Assembly: GCA_964270895.1 (NCBI GenBank)
Contig: OZ185450.1
Source of the DNA: Podarcis filfolensis
Lineage: Eukaryota
DNA: 63,931 nucleotides
Direction: 5' to 3' (one strand)
The first letter of the stretch is position 1; each line of letters starts with the position of its first letter. Shown here one piece after another: positions 61,976-63,931 of this stretch. The translations under genes were made by a program, and so were the position numbers. Under the pieces are notes generated by a model. It was not told the DNA's origin and searched no databases. It worked only from the letters and a program-made list of their open reading frames with translations.

Positions 61976-63931
61976 TGGAAATAATTGCGTTCCACTTTTA
62001 ATTTGTACACCACCTCTCTGTATTGCGATACACAAGGCGGTTTGCAAGCTAAAGAAACAAAAACAAAAAAAGGTGCAAGATCACGGATCACATCACCCAA
62101 CACAAAACAAGAATGTTTCTCCTGCTGATTTATGTGACCTGCCAGGTTTATACTAGGTAAGATGTTCCCGGAGGTAACTTGGTCTCCAGCTATTCAGGGC
62201 TTTATATACCAGTAGCAATAACTTTAACTTGTCCTAGTAGCATATCAGCAGCTGAGGCAACTCTTCCAGCACTTCAATAACTTTTTTTTTTACCCCCTCC
62301 CAAGACACACCTTGCTGTTTTGGAGCCAGTGAAAAATCACTCTGTACTTTTTACGAGCCAACAAACCGAGACAAGTTCAAAGGTCTTTGAAATATTCTCA
62401 TTAACACTATTGACTCCAGCCTGTCTGCAGAGGCAGGGCCAGAAAGCAACCTCCCCCCCCCCCTTAATGCATAGAGGTACAATATTTTATTTCTTTACCT
62501 TTCCTTGGCCTGCTCCAAACTCCAGCGACAAAGGCATGGGAGGGGTGTGACTGGATTCAAACAGGTGGACAGACACTGCCCTTGGCAGTTGCTTGGGCTC
62601 TTTGTCTATTGTCTTAAAGGGGAAATCAAAGGTTCTTAACTCTTTGCCCAGGGAATCTGGTGGTTGGGTTAAGCTCTGCTGGAGACACGTCCTCACTCTG
62701 CAACCCTGCACTAAAGTGCTGTGTAAAAAGTCTGTCTAACCTCATTAACTGCCACAAGCAACAATACTGAGCTGGCATTAAAGGCAATTTTGAGCTGGTT
62801 GGTCATTAATCACCGCTTGACAGTCATAAATAGTGGTGACTCCCCCCCCCCAATCTCTTTTCAGTTTAAGGTTACCTCTACTTAGACTGGTATGAGCTCA
62901 TGGAGGCAGTGTTGGTGAGAAGCTGTGGGTCGTTAGCTGTTAATAACGTTAATAGCACATGCACTGAGGGACAAGGAAGTTCTGAAACAGGGTCCAACTC
63001 CTGGATGAACTTTTAGGGCGTTCTTGGGACCACGGGGAAAGTAATAGGGAGAAGGGAAATGATGAAGAGGCAAGGGATTTCTTCAAGGTCTCCGCCGCAT
63101 GCCGAAGAGCCTAGCCACTTTTCAGTTTCAGCTGAAACGGAATAGACGCTTGCCTCTTCAGCAGAACAAGGTGCCGCAGGCAGACTTTAAAGAAACGCCA
63201 GGCTTAATGCCACATTCTCCCCTCAGAGGGAATGCTGTGTTCTTATATCACATTCACAAAGTAAAAACTGAAGCAGCCACTGACTGGAGCGCTAGATCAG
63301 GGCCAGATTCACACTATGCATTTAAAGCGTTACTATGCCACTTTGAATAGTCATGGCTTCCCCCAGAGTATTCTGGGAGCTGTAGTTTGTCAGAGGTGCT
63401 GAGAGGGGGCCTCTATTCCCAATTCTCAGAGTAGTTTAGCAATGAATCCTCATTCACAAAGAACTCTCTGGATCTGCCACTAGCTTGGTGGTATTTAGAC
63501 AAACTTAAAGTTAGCTATGAACAGAACGGGAACGAATTAGCTTCTTTTGTAGAGGGATGAATCTAAACTGGAATGAGTTGATGTCTGGAGCAAAACTAGT
63601 TGCTTTTCCAGCACCAGAGGGGGAAAAGGTTAAGAAGACGCTATCATACTTTAAAACGTAAATTGCTTTGAGGACCTGTTGCTTAGAAAGTGGAGAATAT
63701 ACTTAATTTATAAAGAAACGCTGATATAGGAAGTGATTCGAATGCAGTGCTTGCCCCACTGTCGGTAGGAAGATGTTATCTAGCAAACGATAGTGACTAG
63801 GATGGAAACATAGAAATGTGGCTTAATCTACATGTTAGTCCATGAATGTTAAATCTACGTGTTAAGCCAGGTTTTGAGGCAGGATGCCACTGAAAGACAA
63901 TTTTTCTGGAGCAACTGTGTGTGTGTGTGCT

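Noticed and set aside
57950-63931. Possible ZNF703 or other coding exons upstream of ERLIN2
   Set aside because: Only TE fragments and non-coding sequence seen; no NET/NocA or zinc-finger coding sequence in the window.

Overview
Eukaryotic (vertebrate) genomic DNA from a squamate reptile; Sauria SINEs establish this, and a lacertid lizard is probable. The region is syntenic with human 8p11.23. Three protein-coding genes lie in tandem on the minus strand. ERLIN2 is complete: a non-coding exon 1 near 57.7 kb and 11 coding exons over 51464-36663, 335 aa. PLPBP/PROSC is complete: 8 exons over 29194-18783, 276 aa. Only exon 1 of ADGRA2/GPR124 (6240-6035) is present; the rest runs off the left edge. 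Each gene starts in a CpG island. All exons were joined by hand with GT-AG boundaries and consistent phase. The remainder is intron or intergenic DNA rich in SINEs, L1/L2/CR1/RTE/Penelope fragments, Tc1/mariner, hAT and Harbinger-like MITEs, microsatellites and a 51-bp VNTR. Most ORFs in the supplied track are spurious. I found no new protein-coding system, no CRISPR array and no intact RNA gene. The best leads are regulatory or structural: (1) MITE families that carry the ZNF143/THAP11 motif ACTACAnnTCCCA, with a further copy in the ERLIN2 promoter; (2) a perfect 33-bp-stem hairpin in PLPBP intron 7; (3) uORFs in the ERLIN2 leader (stop overlapping the start as ATGA) and the ADGRA2 leader; (4) a TEAD-like-motif VNTR beside the PLPBP promoter; (5) inverted SINEs flanking ERLIN2 exons 4-10. 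Exon coordinates were counted exactly; repeat boundaries may be off by a few to tens of bases. Comparisons to human proteins and repeat families come from memory, not from a database search.
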